A stretch of DNA of 64,000 nucleotides, taken from the NCBI GenBank assembly GCA_017499595.2, contig CM039006.1, positions 1,240,001 to 1,304,000 on the forward strand, in the 5' to 3' direction. Numbering within the stretch: position 1 is the stretch's first letter; each line of letters starts with the position of its first letter. Position numbers and translations under genes: made by a program. Shown here in pieces: positions 13,308 to 27,679 of the stretch. The stretch comes from Psilocybe cubensis (taxonomy: Eukaryota). Below the pieces are notes generated by a model that ran no database searches, had not been told where the DNA came from, and was given only the letters and a program-made list of their open reading frames with translations.

Positions 13308-13754
13308 CTATGCTTTTGGGCCGATGTAGCATGCTTCGATGTTTCGGCCTTCGAGATCGTAGAAAAATGCTGCGTAGTAGGTTGGCCCATATTGGGGGCG
13401 GAGGCCGGGTGGCCCATTGTCTTTAGCGCCCGCAGAGCTTTATAACATCCTGTTTGAGTACTAGCAACCATGTTCAGTAAATATCAATACTCACAGAGCT
13501 CCAGCATAAACCTGATCGACTTGCTCTGGGCTGTTTGCCACAAAGGCGAGGTGTATGTACTCTCCCTTGGGAGCATCCCTGTCAGGGGTTCGTTCGGCGA
13601 GGAAGAACTCTGGAGCAGTCTGTCCAAGTACTGCAGTCTTCCCATTGTTCTCATAGAGTACGACTTTGTAACCCAAAGGCGTAAGAGCAGCGAGATAGAG
13701 TTCCTGGGACTTTTTAACGTCGCGGACAACGACACCAAGGTGTGAGATGGGCAT
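13308..13754 (-). CDS. Glyoxalase/bleomycin-resistance (VOC) family protein, 2 exons
   Basis: MPISHLGVVVRD..Y.AALTPLGY..IHLAFVA...VDQVY.GAL, then intron, then AGAKDNGPPGLRPQYGPTYYAAFFYDLEGRNIE. Stop TAG at 13310-13308. Confidence 0.88.
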
Positions 13755-14648
13755 GTTGTGATCTTTTAGAAGGCTTGAGTTCAAAGTGTGTGTAGTGGGA
13801 CTGGTTTGAGCATCCCAAGTCAAGAGTTGCACGGAGATTTATACGAGCCATTCAGTAGTCCAACAGCTCTCTTCGTCATATGACTCTTTGGCCGTCCATT
13901 TTTTAGTTAGGACCCCCGAACTTTAGCGATATTTTTGAAAGAAGATACAGGGTTAGATGTCCATTATGGACCTTGTGTTCATTCCTTGATTCAACACCCA
14001 AGCCACATTTAGTATTCGGGCTCGTCGACAAGAGAAAGGATATGAAAAAAATATTGAATAAATTCTGGTCGTCTTACGTGCATGGAGATGGTTGGGAACA
14101 GTGGTGAGTAGCATCATTTATACTTCCAAAGGCGATATACACGGTGCAACAGTGATATCATTTTCTACGTAAATAAGGGCAAGGGATGTTCCAAGTCTTT
14201 CCTTCTCTTTCCTTGTCACATTGTCAGAACTTCTATCCTCGGTTGCTAAAAAAGAACTGAAGACTCCAATATAAATTAATTTCATGGTCACAAGCGCCAG
14301 ATATGAAAGAACTACATTTAGCACTGAGTGGACAAATGAAAGTTTTCTAGAAGTCTCAAAATGCGATTAGCAAGCACATGTCGTCGGTCAATCTCAAGTA
14401 CCGCCTTCCTTCTAATGGGCCATGGTAATCCTGGGCTAATTTTTGCACAAATCGACACAAACTTAACCATTGAGGACAGAAATTCACATGATGTACATTG
14501 CAAACACGGATGCGGAGTCGAACTCGAATATGTCGAGGACGGTACATTATTAGGTATTGAAATCGTTGGAAGACATTGGGCCAATAATCCAACCACATAA
14601 GTTCCTCATATCCTTACACTTTGAAATATAGACAAGAAAATAACTCGC

Positions 14649-16401
14649 CTAATAGCCATATCTCTCCCAGTCCGCCTTAGGTATGCGCTCACACCACCCT
14701 AGTACCTTGATCGCAACCCTTTCAACCAGTCCATCGTAATCAAGATTCTGAGTAGGTATAAAAAGCCCTGTATGTGCGTTGACTTCGTCATCCACACCGG
14801 CGATTGGCACATTCTCCCATTTCTCCAGACCCCCCAATACCTGGCCGAGGCCCGTAGGAGTAACAACAAAGTGTCGCACAGTTTTCGACTTTTTGTGCTC
14901 CTTTTCCTCTTGTTTGGCCGATTTCGCTTTCGCCTTTTCTTCTTCTTTGCGATGTTTCTTCTCTTCTTTATGTGCAGCTTTGAGTTCAGATTTGGAGAGT
15001 TCAGCGTATGGGGGCGGCGAAGGTGAATTTGTACTAGAACTGAAGCTGTGCCCCGTCGTATAGGAGTGTTGAGAAGAATCAAAAGATGAACTTGACGTCG
15101 TGCTGGTAGGAGTGAGTATACCATTGGCAAGCAACGCCTCATTATTGTCGAGTGTATCACTGGAGGGTTCATGATGTAACGGAGAACGGTTTAGAAGGAG
15201 AAGATTACGTTTGGCACGGGGGACAGTCGTAGTCCAGTAGTTTACCCAAAGTCCGCCCCTTGTACCCCAGTCTACGAGGTTGGTATAACGTTGTTTGAGT
15301 CCAGACGGATCAAACATACATATTCCGAATTGGAAGTGTTCCACTATCCATCGTTTACTAGCTGTAAACGGTTCATCTGCATGCTTCCGCAACCAACGGA
15401 CCAGAGGGTCATCGGGTTTCGCAGAAACGAATGTTAAGGCTCGATCTACGAGCGATGAAGATCCGGATGGGGATGGGGATGGCGAGCGGGAGGGAAGGGG
15501 AGATAGGCTGAGGTAGGATGAGGGTGAAGATACACCGCTTTCTCGAGAAGGGTGTGGTGAATGCGCAAACAGTGACCTAGGACTACATGCGTACGGTGCA
15601 TTTCCGACGTTGGCTATCGAGAGCCAAAATTCCCCATTGAGATCAGTATTTCAGCTTGATGGAAGCAAGTCACACATATGCGTACCATTTATCTGTCTTT
15701 TGAATGCTTCCCAGTCGTCCGTCACTCCGCTATCGACGATGTTGACTTGCGGATGTTGATTCAAAGCACGTTCTGACTGCTTTGCCTTCTCTTCTTCGTC
15801 TTCTTTCCCTTTCGGTAACAAAGATGCAATACCGCTAACCACGACGTGGGGGTGCATGCCCAAGAATGGCGTGTCAAAAGCTACAACACCAACAATACGT
15901 TTTGGTCTATTGCCTGGATAACGATGTGGGTTATTAGAGACGTCTGTGGCTGCCTCGGCAGCAAGAAGTCCGCCCATTGAGTGTCCCATGAGTATCACTG
16001 GACCTGGAGGCTGAGTGGAAAGCCTAATTAAAAGGTACATATTTCTCGTAAGCCTCGATCGTTTCCTTGGAATAGGGTCGCTCACCATTCTAAAAAGTTT
16101 CTCGTAGCATGTGAGATCGGTTTTACACTCTTATATGTAGGGTATAAACTGCTCTGAATCTTGATATCGAGATGCTGGGGAATTATGGTCTCAAGCCGCT
16201 CTTGCAAGTGTTTCGGGAATGACTGTTGGGGTATGAAGGAAGTTAATCAATGCGCGACCCTATCTTGTGCCTGAATCCTCACTTGAAATGTGGTATCGTT
16301 TCCTTACTTCGTCGTCAGGTTTACGTCCACTCTCAGAATCACAACGAAAGTTCACCTTGGAACCCATGGATGTATATCAAGTGGACCAAGACGACTGGCA
16401 T
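14649..16401 (-). CDS. Alpha/beta-hydrolase-fold protein (lipase/DUF676-like), multi-exon
   Basis: IYIHGFQG oxyanion motif, GHSMGG nucleophile elbow, AFDTPFLG, and C-terminal DEVNAHTGLF (candidate catalytic His). Confidence 0.8.
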
Positions 16402-17169
16402 TCAGGTTGAGCTGGTATACGATGAATTGGGGTGTAAGGCAATACAGACTCCTTTCCGAAATCCTTTTCTGAATGGCGTATCCGTGGAAATCAGATAATG
16501 ATCACAATCGGATAGCAAGCCAAAGTTGCTGCGTACAAGTTACTCGGAGAAATGGCACAGTCGTTCGAATCACAGTGAGCGTTCACTGGGCACATGATGG
16601 GACATAACTGCAAGGAAGTCAGCCATTCGTGCACCTCTGATTCCTTCGAATATGGTCAATTTGTTGGCGGTTGCAGGTCGGGCAGCCATTAATACACTCC
16701 CTCCAACTGCTTGACGACATGTATGTCGTTTACCTGAGCAACATCCACATACAGTGTTATTGTTAAAATCAGGACAGCAGAGTCATGTGACTGCGTTTAT
16801 TTGTCGAAAGATTGTGTTGACATTGAACGTTGAACGTGAACGTTGACTTACTTTGTCTCTTCGTCGTTCAGGGTCAACCCTGATGCCCTTGAATTTGCGT
16901 GGATATGCGTTAAACATTATGAACCTTCTCTCAGGAATTTCAATACTGCCAAAGAGATAGCTCCTAAATTGTAAGTCCAAGATCTGTGCACTGACATAAA
17001 CTGAAACTTTCAAGTAAGCAGGCCTTCGATCTTCAATGGACCTTGCCCCCCATTGTCTCAATCGCCTCGTTGTGAGCTTTCCCGCACATTTTCGTAATTG
17101 TTCCCGAATCCTATCACCTGCAAAACATTCTGGAAGCACACGCGTTACTGCAGCTTGCAGTGTTGAGCC

Positions 17170-19257
17170 ATGGATCCGACTTGCTTCATCCATTCTCATC
17201 TTGATCAGGCTGCTAAATTGGGCGAAGGCATCAAAACCAAGAGTAACAGCAGCGACAATGCTGCTGCTATGAGCCCATTTCAGGATTCAAGCAAGCAACG
17301 TCCACTCCCGGCTCAGCCTCGTGGATCTAGTCATGACAATGCCGATATAGAAGGTACATCCTTTGATGGCCTGAAGACACATTTACATCTTGCTGCGACT
17401 GCAATTGGGGTGCGTGAAATCAGTAAACAACTCGGTATGATTTGTATTTCCCAATTAGTCCCACATACAATGCATGCTAACGACTTCTCTCAGGCCGTGC
17501 TCATGTTCAGCCTAACATCAGAAATGTCTTGATTGTTACTAAAGCCCACGACAACAAGTTGATCAAACTCACTCGAGAACTTGCCCTGTTTCTTATGCAT
17601 AAACACCGGAGAGGATCAAAACGTGGGTTGGTCGTGTTTGTATCAATCCCTTCAATAAGTCGGACCATTCTAACCGTCAAGCAGATATGTGGATAGTCAA
17701 TTGCGTCACTCCTCATTATTTGATGCGGAAAGCATCCAACGCAATCACCCTGAATTCTCTCATCCTTTTCCAAAGCGCCGTGCGAATAGTGTGTACGCCG
17801 TCTCGACTCCGTCGCCCACTGCCACAGAGACAGAGGATACCGACGATGGCCAACTTCGTTATTGGACGAACGATCTGTGCAGGAGCAAACCTCACATTTT
17901 CGATTTTGTCGTCACAGTACGTTTATTTATCCCGAAGAATTTCATAGATCATCTAACAAGTTTACAGCTCGGGGGCGATGGTACTGTTCTGTATACATCT
18001 TGGCTTTTTCAGCGAGTGGTTCCCCCTGTTCTTCCGTTTGCGTTAGGCTCTCTTGGATTTCTTACCAACTTTGACTTTGCTCATCACCCAGAGGTGATGA
18101 ATTCTGTCATTGATGGAGGCATACGAGCCAACCTTCGGATGCGTTTCACCTGCACTGTGTTTCGTTCTGTTCCTATTGAAGAAGGTCGTAAGGCATTGAA
18201 AAAGGGCGAGACAGGAGAGATCATGACTAAAGACATGGCGAATGGTTGCTGGGAAGCTCTTGAGGGTCGCTGGAATGGCGGGTTCATGGGAGACGAGAAA
18301 TGCAAATCCCGGGATGAAGAAATTCCCTGTGTAACCGCTCGGCCCACGGAAGAATTTCAAGTATTAAATGATCTTGTTGTTGACAGAGGACCAAGCCCAT
18401 ATGTTTCTCAACTCGAATTATTTTGTGAGTCTTTTTCCCAATCGTTGTATCAATTCGTTTGCGACTATCTTTCAGGCGATAATCATCATATGACAACTGT
18501 TCAGGCTGATGGATTGACTATTGCCACGCCAACCGGATCCACAGCTTATTCTGTGAGCTCAGTTCTTCAGTACGATTCTATAAACAAATTTCACTTATTT
18601 ATTTCGTGGTTTAATTTCATAGTTATCTGCAGGAGGCTCTCTTGTTCACCCTGAAATTCCTGCCATTTTGATTACACCCATTTGCCCCCACACCTTATCA
18701 TTTCGGCCAATGCTTCTTCCAGACAGTGTAGAACTCAGGATATCTGTTCCATACAACTCTCGGAGCACCGCTTGGGCATCATTCGACGGTCGGGGAAGAA
18801 TTGAACTCAAACGTGAGCCACGTTTTGTCTGCATGTTATGCGCCGCTCACTATTGATGGTAGAGGGCGATCACGTCAAGGTCATGGCGTCCAAATATCCT
18901 TTCCCCACTGTCTGCGCCGATACACAATCAACCGACTGGTTCCACGCCATTTCGCGTACTTTGAAATGGAACGAGCGCGAACGGCAGAAAGCATTTGTGG
19001 TGGTTGAAGAAGACAGAACTCCTATGCGTTCTGGGAAACAGCCCCTAGAGTCTATCGAGGCTCCCCATCCCATATCCGCCATTGATCAAAGGCTGCAAAG
19101 TAACATTTATGGGAATCAAGATTTTGCACCACGTTCGGAGGAAATATTCGATATCGATGATAAGTGTGACGACCGATTTGCATGCCCTCCCCCCCACATG
19201 CCGGTTGTCTCACCGAGACCCCATTATGTTGGGGTCAATTCGCCTAATGACCGATGA
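17170..19257 (+). CDS. ATP-NAD kinase (Utr1/Yef1-like), multi-exon
   Basis: [54 protein letters not shown] and SFDGRGR. Start codon uncertain. Confidence 0.9.
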
Positions 19258-19675
19258 AACCTTATGGAGCCACTATCAAACAGGCCACACAATGCTTCAA
19301 AATCTTTTGTTCACATTTATTTCCTCACATTCGCTCTTTCATCGAAGTCGCTTTTTACCCTAGTACATTTTCAATTTGAAGTGATCATTCCACCCATTAC
19401 ATCAGTATTGACTTCCGTTCTCATACGCCTCTGTGGTTCATGATCATAATCAGTGAATGGGCTGTTTCTGAGATGTCGTACGGTTTATTGAAAGGAGGTT
19501 CCTGTTTCCGAAACTAACCCTGTCTCTGGTAAGCCCCACCTGTGTGATCTGTTTCCCAGACAAGACAAAGCTCACCTCTTTAAATAGATTCACAAGGTAT
19601 ATTTAATGCGAAGCTTGCAGTGTCGACAATGTCAATCTGCCCACATCTGCCCACGTTTTAACATCTACGCCCATC

Positions 19676-20261
19676 ATGTCAATTTTTTATTACGAACCAT
19701 TCTATGACTTTGAACGCTTCCTCGAAGAGACAACACCGTCCAGAACGAACATCGACAGTGGCACTCTTGCGCGCCGCTCTAAAGAGGGCAGTGTTTCTGA
19801 AGGTGGTATTCCATCCTTAAAGCCAAGGTACGTGTCGTCGTCGTTGTACAGTTCTTGTTCTCTGACTCGTCTGCATCAGGATGGATCTCCACGAAGATTC
19901 TAAGGCAAACTTGGTCACCGCTACCTTTGAGTTGCCTGGTCTCAAGAAAGAAGATGTTGATATACAGGTCAACAATAATCGTCTCACTATATCTGGCGAG
20001 AGCAAAATCTCGAGCGAGAAGAAGGCAGAGGGATATATTGCCAAAGAAAGGCGGTCTGGCAAGTTTTCTAGAACCCTGCAACTTCCTCAGGGCGTCGAGG
20101 TTCGTGTTTGACCAATGGATGTGCTACGTTCATGTTTTCAACTCAATTATCCTCTCATCCAGGAAAATTCTGTCAAAGCGTCTCTTAGTGATGGCCTATT
20201 GACCGTTACTTTCCCGAAGTCCGCTAAAGAGAATTCTCCCAAGAAGATTACGATCAACTAG
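19676..20261 (+). CDS. Small heat-shock protein (HSP20/alpha-crystallin domain), 3 exons
   Basis: MSIFYYEPFYDFERF, KPR-MDLHE..VTATFELPGLKKEDV..ERRSGKFSRTLQLP, ASLSDGLLTVTFPK and C-terminal KKITIN (IxI motif). Stop at 20259-20261. Confidence 0.93.
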
Positions 20262-20381
20262 ATGTGTACTGTCAACTCTTTCCAATCTTTTGAAGACGGG
20301 TGTATTTGTAATTGCCACAGTGTATTTCAGTCAAATTTTGATCCCATACACTTTCAGCATTGGGTTTAATTGTACGATAAT

Positions 20382-22128
20382 TCAATGCAAGTCTCTCAGC
20401 ATTTGCAATGCTCTTTCCTTGTCCTCCTCGGCTTGACCCTTCTTTAACGTCCCCAGTTCCGTTTCGTAGAGACCAAAATGATGGAACAACTTTTCGGGTG
20501 GTATTATAGCATCCCCCTCTTCCGCAGTTTGAAAATCTGGGGGAACCATTTCAAGGATCCTTCCTGCGCGTCTTGATTGTTCAATAAGGCGATTCCCAGC
20601 GGGGCAACATATGGCGCTGTATATCTCAGATATCTTGGGTAGTGATATATTTCCAGTGCCGTGTAGTCCTTCGGAAAACAAGTTGGCAAGGATGTATGCA
20701 TCCTGTTTTCGAGGTGATCAATCTCCTGTGCAAAGCTTGTTCAATCACCACTAACCTCAACTGCACGTCCTGCTCCGTTTCCCAGGAAAGGCGTCGTGGC
20801 GTGTGCCTAAATATTAATTAGGAGATTGACTAGGTTGGATGATAAGGAAGTTTACCGCGTCTCCACCAATGACAACACGACCTAGACCATAGCAATCCAT
20901 TGGAGGGACTGTACGTATGACCCATCTCGTGGGTTTCTCAATGAGCTGATAATAAAACAGGCATTTATGGTACAGTTTATGAGAGCGGTTTTGTATACGT
21001 ACGGCAACCATGGCTTTCACTTCATCCTCCCATTTGGTGAAGAGAGCTTCGATTTCCTCAAGCGGGCATGGGACAATGGTAGGCCCGTCATACGCTGCAC
21101 CCTCTGTAGAAAGGTCAGCGGTAAGGGCAGCAAAATTTATCATCCCATTCGCGCTGAGTGGGTACGATACAAAGTGCTAGGACAAATGGATTAGTATTTC
21201 TTGGAATTTCCAGTTTATGCCTCGAAACTTACTCTCCATTTACCGGAGTACTAAACGGTGAAATTTGTGTTAGTAGGATCATCGTGGTCTGGAAATATCT
21301 TATACTCACTATCACAAAAGTATCAAGCGCTCGATGCCCAGGAAATATCTTCCGTAAGGCTTCTTTAGAGATAAGCGCTCGATATGTTACATACCCAGAA
21401 CAAACGGGTTCCATGGATGGGGATTTTGGAAGCCCACGCTTGGTGAGGAGGTGCTTTCTCACCGCTGATTTGATGCCATCCATCCCTACGACGAAATCAC
21501 ATTTGGCCATTTTACCATTTTCAAAGTGGAGGGTGACCTCTGAGTCGCTTTCATCTACAGAAACAAGTCGGTGGGACAGGTGGATGGGACTATTAGAATT
21601 CTTCACAAGAACGTCCTGTAAGCTCGCTCTGTGCATCCATGTGGTACCACCTGAGATACTTTCAGCAATAAAAATATCATATAAAAACAGAAAACATACC
21701 AATAGATACGATTTCTCTGATGTTGAGGCCCTCACTTTGGTCAGCCTTGCGGACGTGGAATACAGTTTCTGATAATGCTTTTAGACATTTTGTATGGATC
21801 AGAGTAGTTTAGAGAGCTCCTACGGGGGTTGTCCAAATTAGGGGGGCGTTCCACTATCTTGCTGAGATCTTCTTCCAGACCGAGATTTTGGAAGATGCTC
21901 CATGCCCGTGGCCAGAAACCTATTCCTGCACCAATCTCTGATATTTGGGAAGATGCTTCATATATGTTAATTTCTAACTTCTGATCCAATCCCATGGCTT
22001 TAAATGCTGCAGATAATGTTAAGCCCCCGATACCTGCCCCACTAAAAAACAAGATTGTTCAGAAAAGAACCAAAGAATTTGAGAAGAGAAACTTGCATTA
22101 TGGCGACGCGAATTTTCTGTTGTGACAT
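20382..22128 (-). CDS. FAD-dependent monooxygenase (group A, salicylate-hydroxylase-like), multi-exon
   Basis: RVAII-GAGIGGL (GxGxxG, across a GC-AG intron), EIGAGI, HRASL, VGMDGIKSAVR (DG motif), GGDA-AHATTPFLGNGAG (GD motif) and EDAYIL. Confidence 0.88.
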
Positions 22129-22955
22129 GAATGACAATGTAAACTTGAAGATCTAAACGGTGTGTGAGCAATTTGTTAGAAGATAGTTGAATAGGGTGTC
22201 ATACTCTCAGTGAACTCTTGTTTTATATTCGTTGGGCGGAGCTTGTGTTCCGTCCTGTGGTATCCGATACCATTCAGTCAAAAAAAGATTGCACGTATAG
22301 TACGCACGTTGGGAACCGGAAGTACTCATCCATACGTACAGGCATGATGTGATGTAAATAACACTGCAGTGACTTGATTATCGAGAGCAATATACATCCA
22401 AGTCCAAAGAGATACCACGCTTGCCATAAGCCGAGCACTTTCGACAATTGAATGACATATGGATGGAAAATAGCGGATGCTAACTTCCGCCTTGGTAAGA
22501 GTGCTGATGGCCGCAACATGCCGCCTGTCTTGAACCGACATTTCATGGCCACTCTGTATGATGACTTGCCTTCCCTTTGGTCAGGACTCATAACTTATTT
22601 AGTAAAGACCTTACATGCGAAAAAAGTACGTAGTCTATCATTATGCCATGCATAAACCCAGGGTCCAAACAAGCGGAAAAAGTCGATTACTTCAAGTTGG
22701 ATTACTCGACTTTAATAACTCCTTAATACATATACGTTACAGTACTTACTACTATGTACGTACTAAAGACTTTGAAAGCCCAGATTCTTATGACGAGTCG
22801 GGGGGAGTTTACTAAGTTAATAGCGATGATCCGCGCCGGACTGCGACGTACATGAATCCATCTCTACAAGCCAAAGGTACCGTTTGGCACTCGGTAATAC
22901 GTCCAGAAAATTGCACCACCCACTCGTATGGCTCAAGTGTAGGGCGACTTTCGTA

Positions 22956-24356
22956 TCACAAGGTATTACTTTCCCTGGACAAATTTTTCACGCTCCTACG
23001 ATTTTTGTGCGGATAAGATGATGTGCCAAATGGTCCAGAATAAGCGTCGTCTATATGAGCGGTTTGCGATAGCCGGAAATTGACAACACCAGGTAAGGAT
23101 GTGGGATTGTGGGCAACCTCGTCACTTTGCGTAAGCCAATTTGGTATTGTTCCATGTGCAGTGGCATAGGATAAATCTGATTTGGCTACATATATTCGAA
23201 GAGACATCAGAATGAATACGATGCCTATTTGGATGAATAAATGCTTGACTAGGGACATGTCACAATCGAGCCACTCACCAACGGTCGGGACAATGGCATT
23301 CTGTACAATAACCTTGCCGTTGTTGTTTGAGTAGTATAGAATCATCAGCACAATCCATTGGATAGTGTAGAGCATGGCACTCTCAATGATGATGCGCAAT
23401 ATATGGAGCAAGCTAAGCTTTGAGCTGCGATCGACGATACCGTGAGAAGTAGACATTTGGTGCTGTTTATATATCTTCAGGGTGATGAAACAGGTAGTGA
23501 TGAAGTTCTGAGAAAATGCCAGCGGGAAGATGGAGTTAACTATAGCCCAAGATGCAGAAGTGCTGATGCCCGAATCAGGATGTGCGAACCACCAAATGGA
23601 ATATACGTTGACTCCTATATTTTAGAACGTCAGGATTCTGAAATATATTGAACTGGATCGACAGCAGACCTATTGAAATCACCACGAGTGCGATAGGTAG
23701 CGATACAATTAAGAAGTTTCGGTTCCATACATAATAGCATCGGTATATCTGAATTGCAATCAGCAGACTCCAGTCCTCTTGAATTAAAAATGCCTTACCA
23801 CCAGGAAATCTCCAACCCATACTACCGTACAATAAACAGTACTGTCTAAGATGTTTTCCCATCTTGAGAAATCGTACAAGTAGGCAGCCGGTCCCAGAGG
23901 ATTCACATAATGTACGTATCCTCTTACAAAACGAAAAAATGCTAAGCCTGAATAGACACCCAATTATCACGCTACTCCTCACATTAAACCCCTAAAAGAG
24001 AACTTACATATGTGAAATGTAGCCAACCCAAACATTAGGAGAGTGGCTATGAGATAAATCTATGCGTATGTGTATCAGCATTTGAACAATGAAATGTGTC
24101 AAATCCGACTCACTTTATTGCCCCTGCTACGTCGACTCTTTTGCGCCATGGTTGGGAGTGCCGAGCAAAACAGGGTGGTGTATATTCCTGGATTCGTTCC
24201 TTGGGAAATATCTCGAGGATTACAGCCACGCTTACTCACCATAGACCCACATCTAAATATTTAGGTCAGACATAGGAAGATATGATTTCAATATGACAAC
24301 AACGCCACCTCTATTATCACGGCGAAGTAGTGAGCAACATCGAGCGTAAGAGCCAT
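22956..24356 (-). CDS. Uncharacterised multi-pass (7-TM-like) agaricomycete membrane protein
   Basis: Hydrophobic exons with family-typical IYRCYYVW..LP and LRIIIESAMLY motifs. Exon boundaries only partly resolved. Confidence 0.7.
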
Positions 24357-25814
24357 GACAGTATCTCCGAGTTATCTTTGACTGGTCTAATTACAGTGGA
24401 GAAATTGGGGTCACGACGCCAGGCTTGTCAGAGGGAGGATATAGATGTTTGACAGGCGCCTAGGGGAACATGAACTGTCAACGTCCAAAAGACAGTAAAG
24501 GGCACTGAAGAAGGTGTATTATGGTGATTCTGTCTACGCACGAATTTGTTTTAAAATTGAAAATTGCTTGTCGAACCAATCCGCTGTGTCCTACTTGATT
24601 TGAAATAGTCAAGAGTAAGCGACTATAAGCGAGCTAATTAAATAATGATAGCCGCGTGTCCTCCGCGTGCCTCTTGAAAAGTTGAATTTCCTTTCCTGGC
24701 TGCCCATCACAAGCTAAGACAATGGCAGGTCAGGGGAGGTCTCACGAATTGGTCACGATTATTTCTAGTTATTTATCTCAGATTAGCGTGTTAGGAGCTC
24801 AATTGAATCACTATACCCTAACATTTCGGAGGAAGTGAGTAAAACGGATAGTAGGGGTAAACTGTGATGAAGGCGGCCATTGTACATAAAATTCGTGGTC
24901 CAAAGCGGCATCAATATGCGTCCGGGGTGGACAGATTGTATATAGGAACGTTAACATGATTTACATAAATCCAGTTGATTTGCTCAATATACCATGGTTG
25001 TACATCTTTCATTGCACAAAGAGAGGCGAGGAGAAATAATTATTCGTATTTTTAGAAGGTTTTTTTGCCACCTCCTTTGTCCCTGATTTCTGTTACTAGT
25101 TACCGCCATGGACCTTCACGCCGCTATCTCTTTTGCTAGTCTCACACGTTCACGTCTTCAAGTAATTCCCGTGATTGTATTGACTATTAACGTTTTACGG
25201 AAAGCAGACGTCCGTTTTGCATTTTTTGCGATTGAAGTCGTCCATTTTGCAAAAATCCAAAACAGTTCTGAACAACAAGCATCACGTTTAATATGGTTGG
25301 ACGGGTAGACCTTGCCGCACCTTATATCACACCTTTGTTCTATATCCCCTGAACAGTGAATTGGCCTGTGATGACATAGCTAGCCACAAAGTCTAACAGT
25401 CGCAGCCCTGCAACCCACGCCGATCCACAGGGTCCTCCTCCTGCCTTAGTCAAGATGGAGTGACGTCATCAACTGGAATGGTGAAAGTACTGGTTGGACG
25501 ACCAACCCCTGTACGTATCATTTAGGTTACACTACGAATATATCTTCACTGGATGTGTCATACAAGACTGCAATACACCGCATCCAATTACGAAAACAAC
25601 ACTGATTCGAAGGGGAAAAATAGACAAGTAAAGGAGAGTGAGGGAGTAAAAAAAATAAAAATATTTGCTTTCTTCAGAAAGAAATAGTGCAAGGGCGATG
25701 TGGAAATGAACCCATCATTTACATCGATACATGCGGCCAAAAGAAATTCATCATGATCGTGATCATTATAAACAAGTGATGAAACGAAAAATGATGAACC
25801 CATCGATCAACGTC

Positions 25815-27679
25815 CTACCACCAGCCAACAACTCCTATCTCGCAGAAAGTAAAATCGCCTGCACTATGCCTCGATTCGCAGGCTTGCACGTTGGCATTCT
25901 TCCTTGATATCAGCCACATCTTTTTCCAAGTTGACTGATCCATTTTCAGGCCAGAGTTCTAAAGCCCAGCTCTGAATGTAAGCACTGGCCTAGGCGTACC
26001 ATGAGCATGCAATTGCGCGAAGAATTCGGATAATAGTCGCTCACCCTGAAGAAACGCTTATGCGCGTATTTCTTGAACAAAGAATCGTGCTGGATTGGGT
26101 TGGTGATAATATATTCCAGAAGGATGCTAGCAATAGGCAGAATATCTTTCTCGCCATATGTTGTGTAATGCTCAAGATTTGGAGTCTAAGAAGGACGGGT
26201 TAATTACACGAAGTTCAAAATTGCAGAAACGTCGCACCCATTGTTCACGTCCCAAAGATACCCTAGCAAGCCAGAGAGACGCAGCCGACATCAATGAAGG
26301 TACTATACCGATCAACCGCCTTTCAACCAAGCCAATTTCCAATAAATATTTAGCAATCGTCCTAGCACGGACTTCACAGTCGTCCGCCTTGCTACCGCGG
26401 CGCAGCCATGTCATTGGGCCTGGGGCTCTCAGATCATAGTCAAGAATTTTCAAAAGATACCTCTCCGCTTTGAGAATTTCTTCAATTGTGTACTGGTTGT
26501 CGGCGAGGTAGGCAAGCTCCTTCACAGAGGGGGCGTAAGTTTCTTCGAATTTTGTCGCAACGAAGAAGCACGCAATGCCAACGAGCTGCAACTTCGAAAT
26601 AGAAATGGGGCGTTGGCTCAAGAACCGATCAAGGATGTTGACGCAGAGGAAGAGAGACTCCGAAACGAGATTGAATCTGGCGTGAATCATGAGAAGCCAA
26701 TCAATAAGAATTCCCCGATGCTCCCATGTCATCTCCCCCTGCTTTTCCATGTAATTAGGGTCAGGCATGCACGCAAGCTGAGGCATCGTTAGATATTGGA
26801 GATAAATTATTGAAATAACAGATACTCACTTCAATTTCCTTAAGATACACACAGGTTTCCGCAATATATTCACTAACCATGACAGGATCATCCCAGTCTT
26901 CTGCATCAAGATCGTCCCATAGTTGCGGGGCGTTGGAGGCGTCGGCAGCTTCAAGCTCAGCAGCGATTTTGTCCGCCTCGGCTTGTGAGTCGTCAAGAAC
27001 TGGTTTAGCGATGGTGATTTCATCGGTATGGCGCCTCTTTGAAACTCGAGTGGCTTCTTCATCTTCTTCCTTGACAATTCCAGCGGTGCGAGTCACCTTT
27101 CGAGGTTGATCAACCACCATTTTCTCCCCATGGTCAACAGACGCTTTCCTCGTAACAGCGGGTTGAGTGCTTGTCTTCGACGAGGTCGTGACCGCTGCCG
27201 TGGACTCTACAGCAGCCTTGACCGTTCGCCTCGTCGCTACTCCAGCGACCAAACGCCTAACTGGAGCTTTGACGACACCCTTCGTCTTTGCAGCGAGCTC
27301 TTTCGATTTCTCCGCCTCCTTTCCTTTTGCACCAGATACGGCGGAGTCTTTTGGTTTATTGTTGGTAACCAGACCAGTGACTTCAACCAAGGCTTCCCTC
27401 TTCCTCTTTACGCCGCCCTCCTCTTTTCCCGCATCGGCTAGCACAGACTTGGCCTTTGATGCTGCGGTCGACGCTGTGGCACGGGTAGTCGCGGAAGCGG
27501 CAGTGGAAACCCCAGTTTTCAAACGCGCGGCCACTCTCGTTGGGCGTGCATTAGCATTCTCAGTGTCTTTTGTGGCACGCACTACTCTCGTTGTCCTCCT
27601 CACCTAAATGGTTACGCATCTTGAGATATCGGAGCTGACAGACATTGCAACAAAAAAGACTCACTGGGATGGAGGACAT
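25815..27679 (-). CDS. G2/mitotic B-type cyclin
   Basis: Destruction-box-like REALVEVT, DDPVMVSEY, cyclin box RGILIDWL..LFLCVNILDRFLS..KLQLVGIACFFVATKFEE, and KKYAHKRFF. Confidence 0.92.

Noticed and set aside
14118..14600. Several 68-92-aa ORFs on both strands
   Set aside because: No recognisable motifs or consistent splice model; probably 3' UTR or intergenic sequence.
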